Shown piece by piece: positions 18,318 through 32,700 of a stretch of DNA of 64,000 bases. Both the position numbers and the translations under genes were made by a program. Position 1 is the stretch's first letter; every line of letters starts with the position of its first letter. Origin of the DNA: the human T2T-CHM13v2.0 reference genome, Homo sapiens; assembly GCF_009914755.1 (NCBI RefSeq), contig NC_060948.1. One strand, 5' to 3'. The notes under the pieces were generated by a model. That model searched no databases, had not been told where the DNA came from, and saw only the letters and a program-made list of their open reading frames with translations.

Positions 18318-20422
18318 AGATCCATATTTTTTAAATGAAACAAAATTTCAAAGGTACTCTGTTTGATACAATAATCAAATGTATAAACTGAGGAATAAAA
18401 CATAACCATGAAACATACTTATAACTGCATATGGAAAATACAGAGGATAATTTTTTAAATAACATATTTTGAAAGCCTTAACTAGTAATTTGAAGAGTTG
18501 GCATTTGAAAGGCCAGTATGAATATACCTTCAAAGCGGCAACACAGGTTCCCCATGAGAAAAAGCAAACTCAGGGAAAATAAAACCACAATGGTTCAATC
18601 TCTTCTGACCTTTGAAAGACACAGCACAGACAGTGGTCCTTAGGACGAAGAGCAGGAGACCCCTAATTCCGTCACCATGGCGATAGGGCATAAACATTGC
18701 TGGGTGAGGGCACAATCCACATTGTGAGGTCCAACTGCTGCCAGGAAGACAGGAGTGCTTTTACATAGACCGAAAGGTCATTGAAGGCTCAGAGTTTTGT
18801 TTCAAGAACTGAATCCCAAGCCCACACGTCATTATGCTGCGCTTCTTAAAACATGTTATGAGATGGGAAAAAGGCTACCCACAAACATACGTATACATTA
18901 TGTATATAATAATATACAGTATCATATATATAATATAAATAACCTATGTATAATATTGTTTTACATCCTGCATCTTATATTATATATATTGTGTAAAATA
19001 TAATAATTGATAATATATAAGTTTTATATTTATACAATATGACATATAGTACATATTATAATTTATGACATATATAATATATATTATATATCATATTTGG
19101 AATATATTTTACGGTTAATATACGTATTAAATATAAATTATACATTATATATATTATATATAATATATCTGTTATATATAATACCCATTATACATAATAT
19201 ATATATTATGTCTATGTTATATATAGTATAAAACAACATATAATAATATATCATTGTATATATAAAATATGACATATAATATATATTATATTTTATAACT
19301 TATGTAATATATGTTATATATTATATATAATACGTTGTATGTATAATACCTATATTAAATATATATTATATGAGTATGTTATTAATTACATGTCACATAT
19401 GTTATATATTATATATTTTACATAGAATATACCGGTTACACACAATATATATTATGTTACCTATAATGTATAATTTATTACATGTAATATAAAGTATGTC
19501 ATATATTATATATAATTTATAATATACAATATGTGTAATGTGATATATATAACATATAATATATGATATATGATATACAGTATATGATATATAACATACA
19601 ATATATGATACCTAATATATATGGTATACAATGTATATTTTATGATATGTATTCTATATGTTTTATATCCTGTAATATATAACCATTTGAAATTATATAC
19701 CACTCTATAATATTTTATGTAAATATGTAATATAATATATATAACTATATAATATATTATATATAACTATATAGTATGTTATATATAGTTTTATAACATA
19801 ATATACATAAAATATCATAATATAATATATATTATATTATTTCATATTACATAATATATATTACATATCACCCAATATAAGTTACATACATAATATTAAA
19901 ATATAGATTATGTTATGTTATATTAAATATCATATATATCATGTATCATATATTCCATAATATATATTATACATTATATAATATGTATGTTGTCTATTAT
20001 GTGATATATATAACTACATATATAATTATATAATTATACATATAACTACATAAACATGTAATTCTATATATTTTCATTTATAATATATAGAATTATATAG
20101 TCATATATAATTATTTATATTCTATAAAAAATTATATCATTATATAAATTATAATATATAAAAATTATAATATGTACTACAAATATATATATTATAAATC
20201 ATATATGATATAGTACCTTTGTTATATATCATATTACATATAATTGTGTATTATGTTATCTATAATTATATAATTTCATATATAAGATATATAATATGTA
20301 TTATATATTTTATATGTTATGTAATATATATAGTATATATAAGATGACACAGGATAAATATTATATTCTATGACATATAAAATATATGAGGTTATATGTT
20401 ACATATAAGGCATAGCACATAA

Positions 20423-20737
<315 letters not shown>

Positions 20738-22838
20738 AGATTCATATTTTTTAAATGAAAAAAAATTTCAAAGGTACTCTGCTTGGTACAATAATCAAAT
20801 GTATAAACTGAGGAATAAAACATAACCATGAAACATACTTATAACTGTATATGGAAAATACAGAGGATAATTTTTTAAATAACATATTTTGAAAGCCTTA
20901 ACTAGTAATTTGAAGAGTTGGCATTTCAAAGGCCAGTATGAATATACCTTCAAAGCAGCAACACAGGTTCCCCATGAGAAAAAGCAAACTCAGGGAAAAT
21001 AAAACCACAAAGGTTCAATCTCTTCTGACCTTTGAAAGACACAGCACAGACAGTGGTCCTTAGGACGAAGAACAGGAGACCCCTAATTCCATCACCATGG
21101 CGATAGGGCATAAACATTGCTGGGTGAGGGCACAATCCACATTGTGAGGTCCAACTGCTGCCAGGAAGACAAGAGTGCTTTTACATAGACCGAAAGGTCA
21201 TTGAAGTCTCAGAGTTTTGTTTCAGGAACTGAATCCCAAGCCCACACGTTATTATGCTGTGCTTCTTAAAACAAGTTATGAGATGGGAAAAAGGGCACCC
21301 ACAAACATACTTATACATTATGTATATAATAATATACAGTATCATATATATAATATATATAACCTATATATAATATTGTTTTACATCCTGCATCTTGTAT
21401 TATATATATTGTATAAAATATAATAATTGATAATATATAAGTTTTATATTTATACAATATGACATATAGTATATATTATAATTTATGACATATATAATAT
21501 TTGTTATATATCAGATATAGAATATATTATACTTTTAATATACGTATTAAATATAAATTATACATTATATATATTATATATAATATATCTGATATATATA
21601 ATACCCATTATACATAATATATATATTATGTCTATGTTATATATAGTATAAAACAACATATAATAATATATAATTGTATATATAGAATGTGACATATAAT
21701 ATATATTATATTTTATGACATATGTAATATATATTATATATTATATATAATATGTTGTATGTATAATACCTATATTAAATATATATTATATGATGATGTT
21801 ATTAATTACATGTCACATATGTTATATATTTTATATTTTACATGGAATATACCGGTTACATATAATATATGCTATGTTACCTATAATGTATAATTTATTA
21901 CATGTCATATAATGAATGTCATATATTTTGTATAATTTATAATATATAATATGTGGAATGTGATATATATAACATATAATATATGATGTATGATATAGAG
22001 TATATGATATATAACATACAATATATGATACCTAATATATATTGTATACAATATATATTTTATGATATGAATTCTATATGTTTTATATTCTGTTATATAT
22101 AACTATGTGAAATTATATATAAATGTATAATATTTTATGTAAATATGTAATATAATATATATAACTATGAAATATATTATATATAACTATAAATTATGTC
22201 TTATATAGTTTTATTACACTTTACATAAAATATCATAATATAATGTATATTATATTATTTTATATTACATAATATATATTATATATCACATAATATAAGT
22301 TACATACATAATATTAAAATATAGATTATATTATGATATATTAAATATCATGTATATCATGTATCATATATTGTATAATATATATTATACATTTTATATT
22401 ATATATGTTGTCTATTATGTGATATATATAATTATATATATAATTACATTATTATACATATAACTACATAAAATGTAATTCCATATGTTTTCATTTACAG
22501 TATATATAATTATATAATCATATATATTTATTTATATTCTAGAAAAAATTATATCATTATATAAATAATAATATATAAAAATTATACTATGTACTAAAAT
22601 ATATATATTATATATCATATATGATATAGTATATTTGTTATATATCATATTACATATAACTATATATTATGTTATCTATAATAATATATTTTCATATATA
22701 AGATGTATAATATGTATTATATATTATAAATGTTATGTAATATATATAGTATACATAAGATGACACAGGATAAATATTATATACTATGACATATAAAATA
22801 TATGAGGTTATATGTTACATATAAGGCATAGCACATAA

Positions 22839-23153
<315 letters not shown>

Positions 23154-25251
23154 AGATCCATATTTTTTAAATGAAAAAAAATTTCAAAGGTACTCTGCTT
23201 GGTACAGTAATCAAATCTATAAACTGAGGAATAAAACATAACCGTGAAACATACTTATAACTGCATATGGAAAATACAGAGTATAATTTTTTAAAATAAC
23301 ATATTTTGAAAGCCTTAACTAGTAATTTGAAGAGTTGGCATTTGAAAGGCCAGTATGAATATACCTTCAAAGTAGCAACACAGGTTCCAAATGAGAACAA
23401 TCAAACTCAGGGAAAATAAAACCACAAATGTTCACTCTGTTCCGACCTTTGAAAAACACAGCACAGACAGTGGCACTTAGGACCAAGAGCAGGAGATCCC
23501 TAATCCCGTCACCATGGCGATAGGGCATAAACATTGCGGGGTGAGGGCACAATCCACATTGTGAGGTCCAATTGCTGCCAGGAAGACAGGAGTGCTTTTA
23601 CATAGACCGAAAGGTCATTGAAGGCTCAGTGTTTCGTTTCAAAACCTGAATCCCAAGCCCACACGTTATTATGCTGCGCTTCTTAAAACAAGTTATGAGA
23701 AGGGAAATAGGGCACCCACAAACATACGTATATATTATGTATATAATAATATACAGTATCATATATATAATATATATAACCTATGTTTAATATTGTTTTA
23801 CATCCTGCATCTTATATTATATATATTATATGTAATATAATAATTGATAATATATAAGTTTATATTTATACAATATGACTTATAATATATATTATGTTTT
23901 ATGACATATATAATATAGATTATATATCATATATAGAATATACTATACGGTTAATATACATATTAAATATATAATATACATTATATATATTATATCTACG
24001 TTATATATAACATTAACTATAGATAATATATATATTATATCTAGCTTATATATAATATAAAATAACAGATAATAATATATAATTGTATATATATAATATG
24101 ACATATAATATATATTATATTTTATGACATATATATCATATATATTATATATTATATATAATACGTTGTATGTATAATACATATATTATATATATATTAT
24201 AAGTCTAAATTATTAATTATATGTAATATATGTTATATATTACATATTTTACATTTAATACACATGTTACATACAATATATACTATGTTACATGTAACCT
24301 AGAATTTATTATATATAATATAATGTATGTCATATATTATATATACTTTATAGTATACAATATGTGGAATGTGATATATATAACATGTAATATATGATAT
24401 ATGATATACGATATATGATATATAATATACAATATATGATACATTATATATATGGTATACAATATATATTTTATGATATATATTATATATGTTTTATATT
24501 ATATTATACATAACTATTTAATTATATATAACTCTATAATATTGTAGGTAAATATATAATATAATACATATAACCATATATTATGTTATTTATAATTTTA
24601 TTACGTACATTCAATAATATATCATAATATAATATATATTATATTATATTATTTTATATTACATAATATATATTATATATCACATAGTATGTGTTACATA
24701 CATAATATTTAAATATATATTATATTATGATATATTAAATATTATATATATTATGTATGCTATAGTGTATAATATATATTATATATTATATAATATGCAG
24801 GGTGTCTATTATATGATATATATTATTATATATATAATTATATTATACATATAATGATATAAATATGTAATTATATTTATCATTATTTATATTACATATA
24901 GTTATATAATCATATATAATAATTTATATTATAAAAATAATTATATCATAATATAAATTATAGTATATATAAATTATAATATGTGATAAATAATATATAT
25001 TATATATCATATATGATATAGTGTATATGTTATATATCATATTATATATCAATTTACGTTATGATATCTATAATTATATATTTTCATATATAAGATGTGT
25101 AATATGAATTATATATTATATATGTTATTAAATATATACTTTATATAAAATGACACAGGATAAATGTTATATATTATGACATATGATATATATGCGGTTA
25201 TATATTATATATGAAGCATATTACATAACATATAATATATATCATATATAA

Positions 25252-25543
<292 letters not shown>

Positions 25544-27004
25544 AGATCCATATTTTTTAAATGAGAAAAAATTTCAAAGTTATTCTGCTTGGTACAATAA
25601 TCAAATATATAAACTGAGGGTTAAAACATAACCTTGGAACATATTTATAACTGCATATGGATAATACAGAGGATAATTTTTTAAATAACATATTTTGAAA
25701 GCATTAACTGGTAATTTGAAGAGTTGGCATTTGAAAGGCCAGTATGAATATACCTTCAAAGCAGCAACACAGGTTCCCCATGAGAAAAATCAAACTTAGG
25801 GAAAATAAAACCAGAAAGGTTCAATCTTTTCTGACCTTTGAAAGACACAGCACAGACAGTGGTCCTTAGGACGAAGAGCAGGAGACCCCTAATTCCGTCA
25901 CCATGGCGATAGGGCATAAACATTGCTGGGTGAGGGCACAATCCACATTGTGAGGTCCAACTGCTGCCAGGAAGACAGGAGTGCTTTTACATAGACCCAA
26001 AGTTCATTGAAGGCTCAGTGTTTTGTTTCAAAAACTGAATCCCAAGCCCACAGGTTATTATGCTGTGCTTCTTAAAAAAAGTTATGAGATGGGATATAGG
26101 GCACCCACAATTATATCTATACATTATGTATATAATAATATATAGAATCATATATATAATATATTTAACATATATATATAATACTGTTTTACATCCTGCA
26201 GTTATATTATATATATTATATGTATTATAATAACTGGTAATGTATAAGTATTATATTTATACACTATGACATATAATAATTATATTTTATGCCGTATATA
26301 ATATATATTATATATCATATACCAAATATATTATATGGTTAATATACGTATTAAATATATAATATACATTATATATATTATATCTACGTTATATATAACA
26401 TTCACTATAGTTAATATATATATTATATCTAGCTTATATATAATATAAAATAACATATAATAATATATAACTGTATATATAAAATATGACATATAATATA
26501 TATTATATTTTATGACATATATATGATATGTATTATATATTATATATAATATGTTGTAAGTATAATACATATATTAAATATATATTATATGTCTATGTTA
26601 TTAATTATATGTAATATATGTTATATATTACATATTTGATATAGAATACACATGTTACATAGAATATATTCTATGTTACATATAACGTAGAATTTATTAT
26701 GTGTAATATAATGTATGTCATATATTATAAATTCCTTATAATATACAATATGTGGAATGTGATATATATAACTTGTAATATATGATATATGATATACAAT
26801 ATATGTTATATAACATACAATATATGATACATAATATATATGGTATAGAATATATATTTTATGTTATATATTATATATGTTTTATATTTTATTATATATA
26901 AATATTTAAAATTATATATAAATGTATAATATTATACGTAAATATATAATATACTACATATAACCATATATTATGTTATATAAAATTTTATTACATACTT
27001 TCCA

Positions 27005-27030
27005 TAATATATCATATGGACTCCTTTGGA
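27005..27030. other. DYZ2-to-DYZ1 array junction
   Basis: The sequence reads ...TAATATATCATA|TGGACTCCTTTGGAATGGTCTAG... The left side matches the DYZ2 AT block (cf. 24614-24626) and the right side matches DYZ1 (cf. 40452 onward), with no intervening sequence. Confidence 0.93.
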
Positions 27031-29795
27031 ATGGTCTAGTATGCAATGCAATCGACTGGCAGGGAATTAAAAGGAATGTAATCGAATGGATTGCACTGGA
27101 ATGCAATGGACTCGAATAGATTGGAAACAGAATGCAAAGGAATGGAATGGAATAGTATGGAATGGAATGGAAAGGAATGGAGTGGAATAGACTAGAGTAG
27201 AATGGAATTTACTCGAAAGCAATGGACTGGAATAGAACTTTCTTGAATGGGCTGGAATCAAACGGAATGGAATGCTGTGCAATCAAATAGAATGAAAGAG
27301 AATCAAATCCAATCGAATGGATTGGAAAGGAATTGACTGAAATGGAATGGACTAGAATGGAAGGCAAAGGAATGGAATCTATAGGAATGGACTGTAATGG
27401 AACGGAATGGAAGGGATTGGAATGGAATCGAATGGAATGGACTGCAATAGAAAGGATTCGAATGGAATGAAAAAGAATTGAATGGAATAGAACAGAATGG
27501 AATCAAATCGAATGAAATGGAATGGAATAGAAAGGATTCGAATGGAATGCAATCGAACGGAATGGAATCGAACGGAATGGAATAAAATGGAAGAAAACTG
27601 GCAAGAAATGGAATCGAAATGAATGGAGTGTTATGGATCGGACTCAAAAGGAATTGAATGTAATAGAATGGAGTGGAGTTGACTCGAATATAATGGACTG
27701 GAATGGAATGAAATCACATGGAATGGGAACGAATGGAATGGAATGGAAAGGAATGGAATCGAATGGAAAGGAATCGAATGGAAGGGAATGCAATTGAATC
27801 AACAGGAATGGAAGGGAATAGAATAGACGGTAATGGAATGGACTCGAATAGAATGGACACGAATGCTCAAATTGAATGGACTCGAATGGAATGGAAACGA
27901 AAGGAATGTCATCGAATGGAATTGAATTGATTGGAATGAAATCGCATAGAATGGAGTGGAATCAAATGGAATTGAATCGAAAGGAAAGGAAGCGAATGGA
28001 CTGAAATGAAATGGAATGGAATTGAATGGAAAGTAATGCAATGGAATAGAATGGAACGAAATTTCACGGAATGGAATCAAACTGAATGGAATCAAATCAA
28101 TGGAATATAATCAAATGGAATGGAAAGGAATTGAATGGAGTAGATTGGATTGGATGGGATTGGAATGAAATGTACTGGAAAGAACTCGAATTTCATGAAA
28201 CGGAATGGAATGAATTGGAACGGAATGGACTCGAATGGAATGGAATGTCATGGAATGGCATCAAATGGAATGGCATCAAATGGAATGGAATCGAATGCAA
28301 TGGAATGCTATGGAATGGAATGGAATGCATTGGAATGGAATGTTCTCTAATGGAGTGGATTCGAGTGGAATGGAATCGAATATAATGGAGTCGAATGAAA
28401 TGGAATTGAAAGGAATGGGACCGAATACAATGGAATATACTGGAATGTAATGTAATGAACTCGAATGTAATTGACTGGAATGGAATGTACATGAATGGAA
28501 TGTAATCGAATGGAAAGTAATCCAATGGAATAGAATCTAATGCAATAAAATCGACTCAAATAGAATAGAATGTAATGGAATGGAGTGCAGTGCAATGGAA
28601 TGGAATGGAATGGAATGCAGTGGAATGGAATGGAATGGAATGCAATGGAATGGAATGTATTAGAATGTAATGAACATTAATGGAATGTACTCGAATGGAT
28701 TCGACTGGAATGGAATGTTCTGGAAGTTTATGGACTCCAATGGAATGGATTCGAAAGGAATGGAATCGAACGGAATGGAATCTAATGGAATGGAATTAAA
28801 TGGAAATGAATCAAATTGAATAGCACGGAATTGAATTGAATGGAATCGAATGCAATGGAATCTAATGAAACAGAAAGGAAAGGAATGGAATGGAATGGAA
28901 TGGGCTGGAATGGATTGGAATCGAAACGAATGGAATGGAATTGAACTAAAGAGACTGGAATGGAATGCACTGGAATGGAAGGGAGTGTAATGGAAGGTTC
29001 TCGAAAAAAATGGAATCGAATGGAATGGAATTGAATGGAACGGAATAGAGTCGAATGGAATTGAATGGAATGGAATGGACTAGAGTGAAATGGAATCGAA
29101 ACACAAGGAATGGACAGGAATAGAATGGTCTCGAATTGAATGGAATCTTATGGAATGGCATCAAACGGAATGGAATGGACAGCCACGGAATGGAATGCAC
29201 TCGAATGCAATGGAGTCGAAACTAATGGACTGGAATAGAATGGACTCGACTGGTACGGACTCCAATGGAATGGAATCGAATGGAAGGGAATCGAACGGAA
29301 TGGACTCGAAGGGAAAAGACTGCAATGGAAAGGTCTCGAATGGAATGGAAATTAATGGAATGGAATGGAATCGAATGAAATGGAGTCAAAAGGAATGGAA
29401 TCGAATGGCAAGAAATCGAATGTAATGGAATCGCAAGGAATTGATGTGAAAGGAACGGAATGGAATGGAATCCAAAGGAATGGAATAGAATGGAATGGAA
29501 TCAAATGGAAAGGACTCGAATGGAAATCACTCGAATAGAATGCAATTTAATGAAATAGGATCAAATGTAATGGAATGGAATGGAAAGGAATCGAAACGAA
29601 AGGAATGGAGACAGATGGAATGGAATGGAACAGAGAGCAATGGTATAGAATGGAATGGAATCATCTGGAATGGAATTGAATGGAATGGAATAACATGAAA
29701 TGGAATGGAATGGAATGGAATGCCCTTGAATTAAATGGACTGGAATGGAATGGACTCGAACAGAGTGGAATGGAAAGTGTTGAAATAGAATGGAA
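27017..29795. repeat. Shortened first DYZ1 unit (2779 bp)
   Basis: The landmark TGGACTC(C/G)TTTGG recurs at 27017, 29796, 33330, 36888, 40452, 44016, 47580, 51144, 54713, 58281 and 61850. The first interval is 2779 bp and lacks the HaeIII-site segment. Confidence 0.9.
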
Positions 29796-32700
29796 TGGAC
29801 TCGTTTGGAATGGTCTAGTATGCAATGCAATCGACTGGCAGGGAATCAAAAGGAATGTAATCGAATGGATTGGACTGGAATGCAATGGACTCGAATAGAT
29901 TGGAAAAGGAATGCAAAGGAATGGAATGGAATAGTATGGAATGGAATGGAAAGGAATGGAGTGGAATAGACTAGAGTGGAATGGAATGGACTCAGAAGCA
30001 ATGGACTGGAATGGAACTTTCTTGAATGGACTGGAATCAAACGGAATGGAATGCAATGCAATCAAATGGCATGGAATAAAATAGAATGAAAGAGAATCAA
30101 ACGGAATTGAATCGAATGGAATCGAATGGATTGGAAAGGAATAGAATGGAATGGAATGGAATTGACTCAAATGGAATGGACTAGAATGGAATGGATTCGA
30201 ATGGAAGGCAAAGGAATGGAATCTATTGGAATGGACTGTAATGGAATGGAATGGAAGGGATTGGAATGGAGTCGAATGGAATGGACTGCAATAGAAAGGA
30301 TTCGAATGGAATGAAAAAGAATTGAATGGAATAGAACAGAATGGAATCAAATCGAATGAAATGGAATGGAATAGAAAGGAATGGAATGAAATGGAATGGA
30401 AAGGATTCGAATGGAATGCAATCGAATGGAATGGAATCGAACGGAATGGAATAAAATGGAAGAAAACTGGCAAGAAATGGAATCGAAATGAATGGAGTGT
30501 TATGGAACGGACTCAAAAGGAATTGAATGTAATAGAATGGAGTGGAGTGGACTCGAATATAATGGACTGGAATGGAATGAAATCACATGGAATGGGAACG
30601 AATGGAATGGAATGGAAAGGAATGGAATCGAATGGAAAGGAATGGAATGGAAGGGAATGAAACTGAATCAACAGGAATGGAAGGGAGTAGAATAGACGGT
30701 AATGGAATGGACTCGAATAGAATGGACATGAATGCACAAATTGAATGGACTCGAATGGAATGGAAACGAAAGGAATGTCATCGAATGGAATTGAATCGAT
30801 TGGAATGAAATCGCATAGAATGGAGTGGAATCAAATGGAATTGAATCGAAAGGAAAGGAAGCGAATGGACTGAAATGGAATGGAATGGAATGGAAAGTAA
30901 TGCAATGGAATAGAATGGAACGAAATTTCACGGAATGGAATCAAACTGAATGGAATCAAATCAATGGAATATAATCAAATGGAATGGAAAGGAATTGAAT
31001 GGAGTAGATGGGATTGGATGGGATTGGAATGAAATGTACTGGAAAGGAATCGAATTTCATGAAACGGAATGGAATGAATTGGAAAGGAATGGACTCGAAT
31101 GGAATGGAATGTCATGGAATGGCATCAAATGCAATGGCATCAAAGGGAATGGAATCGAATGCAATGGAATGCTATGGAATGGAATGGAATGCATTGGAAT
31201 GGAATGTCCTCTAATGGAATGGATTCGAGTGGAATGGAATCGAATATAATGGAGTCGAATGAAATGGAATTGAAAGGAATGGGATCGAATACAATGGAAT
31301 ATACTGGAATATAACGTAATGAACTCGAATGTAATTGACTGGAATGGAATGTACACGAATGGAATGTAATCGAATGGAAAGTAATCCAATGGAATAGAAT
31401 CTAATGCAATAAAATCGACTCAAATGGAATAGAATGCAATGGAATGGAGTGCAGTGCAATGGAATGGAATGGAATGGAATGCAATGGAATGGAATGGAAT
31501 GGAATGGAATGGAATGCAATGGGATGGAATGGTATGGAATGGATAGTAATGGACTGGAGTGAAATGGACTGGAAAGGAATGGACTCAAATTGAAAGGGCT
31601 CGAAAGGAATGGAGTCAAATGGAATGGTCTGGAATGGAATGAACACGAATGTAATGCAATCCAATTGAATGGAATCGAATGGCATGGAATATAAAGAAAT
31701 GGAATCGAAGAGAATGGAAACAAATGGAATGGAATTGAATGGAATGGAATTGAATGGAATGGGAACGAATGGAGTGAAATTGTATGCAGTAGAAGAGAAT
31801 AGAATGGAATGCAAGCGAAAGGAAAGGAATGGATTGGAATGGAATGGAATTCATTGGAATGGAAGGGAATGTAGTGTAATGGACAGGCCTGGAATAAAGT
31901 GGAATGCTACGGTCACGAATGGAATAAAAATGTATGGAATGGAATGCAATGAAACGGAATCGAATGTCAAAGAATGTAATGGAAAACAAAAAAATGGAAT
32001 CCAAAATCATTGACTGGAAAGGCTGGGTGTCGAAAGGAATTGACTCCAATGGAATGTAATCGAATGGAATGGAAGTGAATAGAATCGAACTAAATCGAAT
32101 GGAATGGAATTGATAGGAACGGAATGGAAAGGAATGCAATGATTTTGCATGGAATGGAATCGAATGACATCGAATGGAATGGAATGGAATGCAATGGAAT
32201 GGAATGTATTAGAATGTAATGAACATTAATGGAAAGTACTCGAATGGATTCGACTGGAATGGAATGTTCTGGAAGTGAATGGACTCCAATGGAATGGATT
32301 CGAAAGGAATGGAATCGAACGGAATGGAATCTAATGGAATGGAATTAAATGGAAATGAATCAAATTGAATAGCACGGAATTGAATTGAATGGAATCGAAT
32401 GCAATGGAATCTAATGAAACGGAAAGGAAAGGAATGGAATGGAATGGAGTGGGCTGGAATGGAATGGAATCAAAACGAATGGAATGGAATCGAACTGAAG
32501 AGACTGGAATGGAATGCACTGGAATGGAAGGGAGTGTAATGGAAGGTTCTCGAAAAAAATGGAATCGAATGGAATGGAATTGAATGGAACGGAATAGAGT
32601 CGAATGGAATTGAATGGAATGGAATGGACTAGAGTGAAATGGAATCGAACCACAAGGAATGGACAGGAATAGAATGGTCTCGAATTGAATGGAATCGTAT

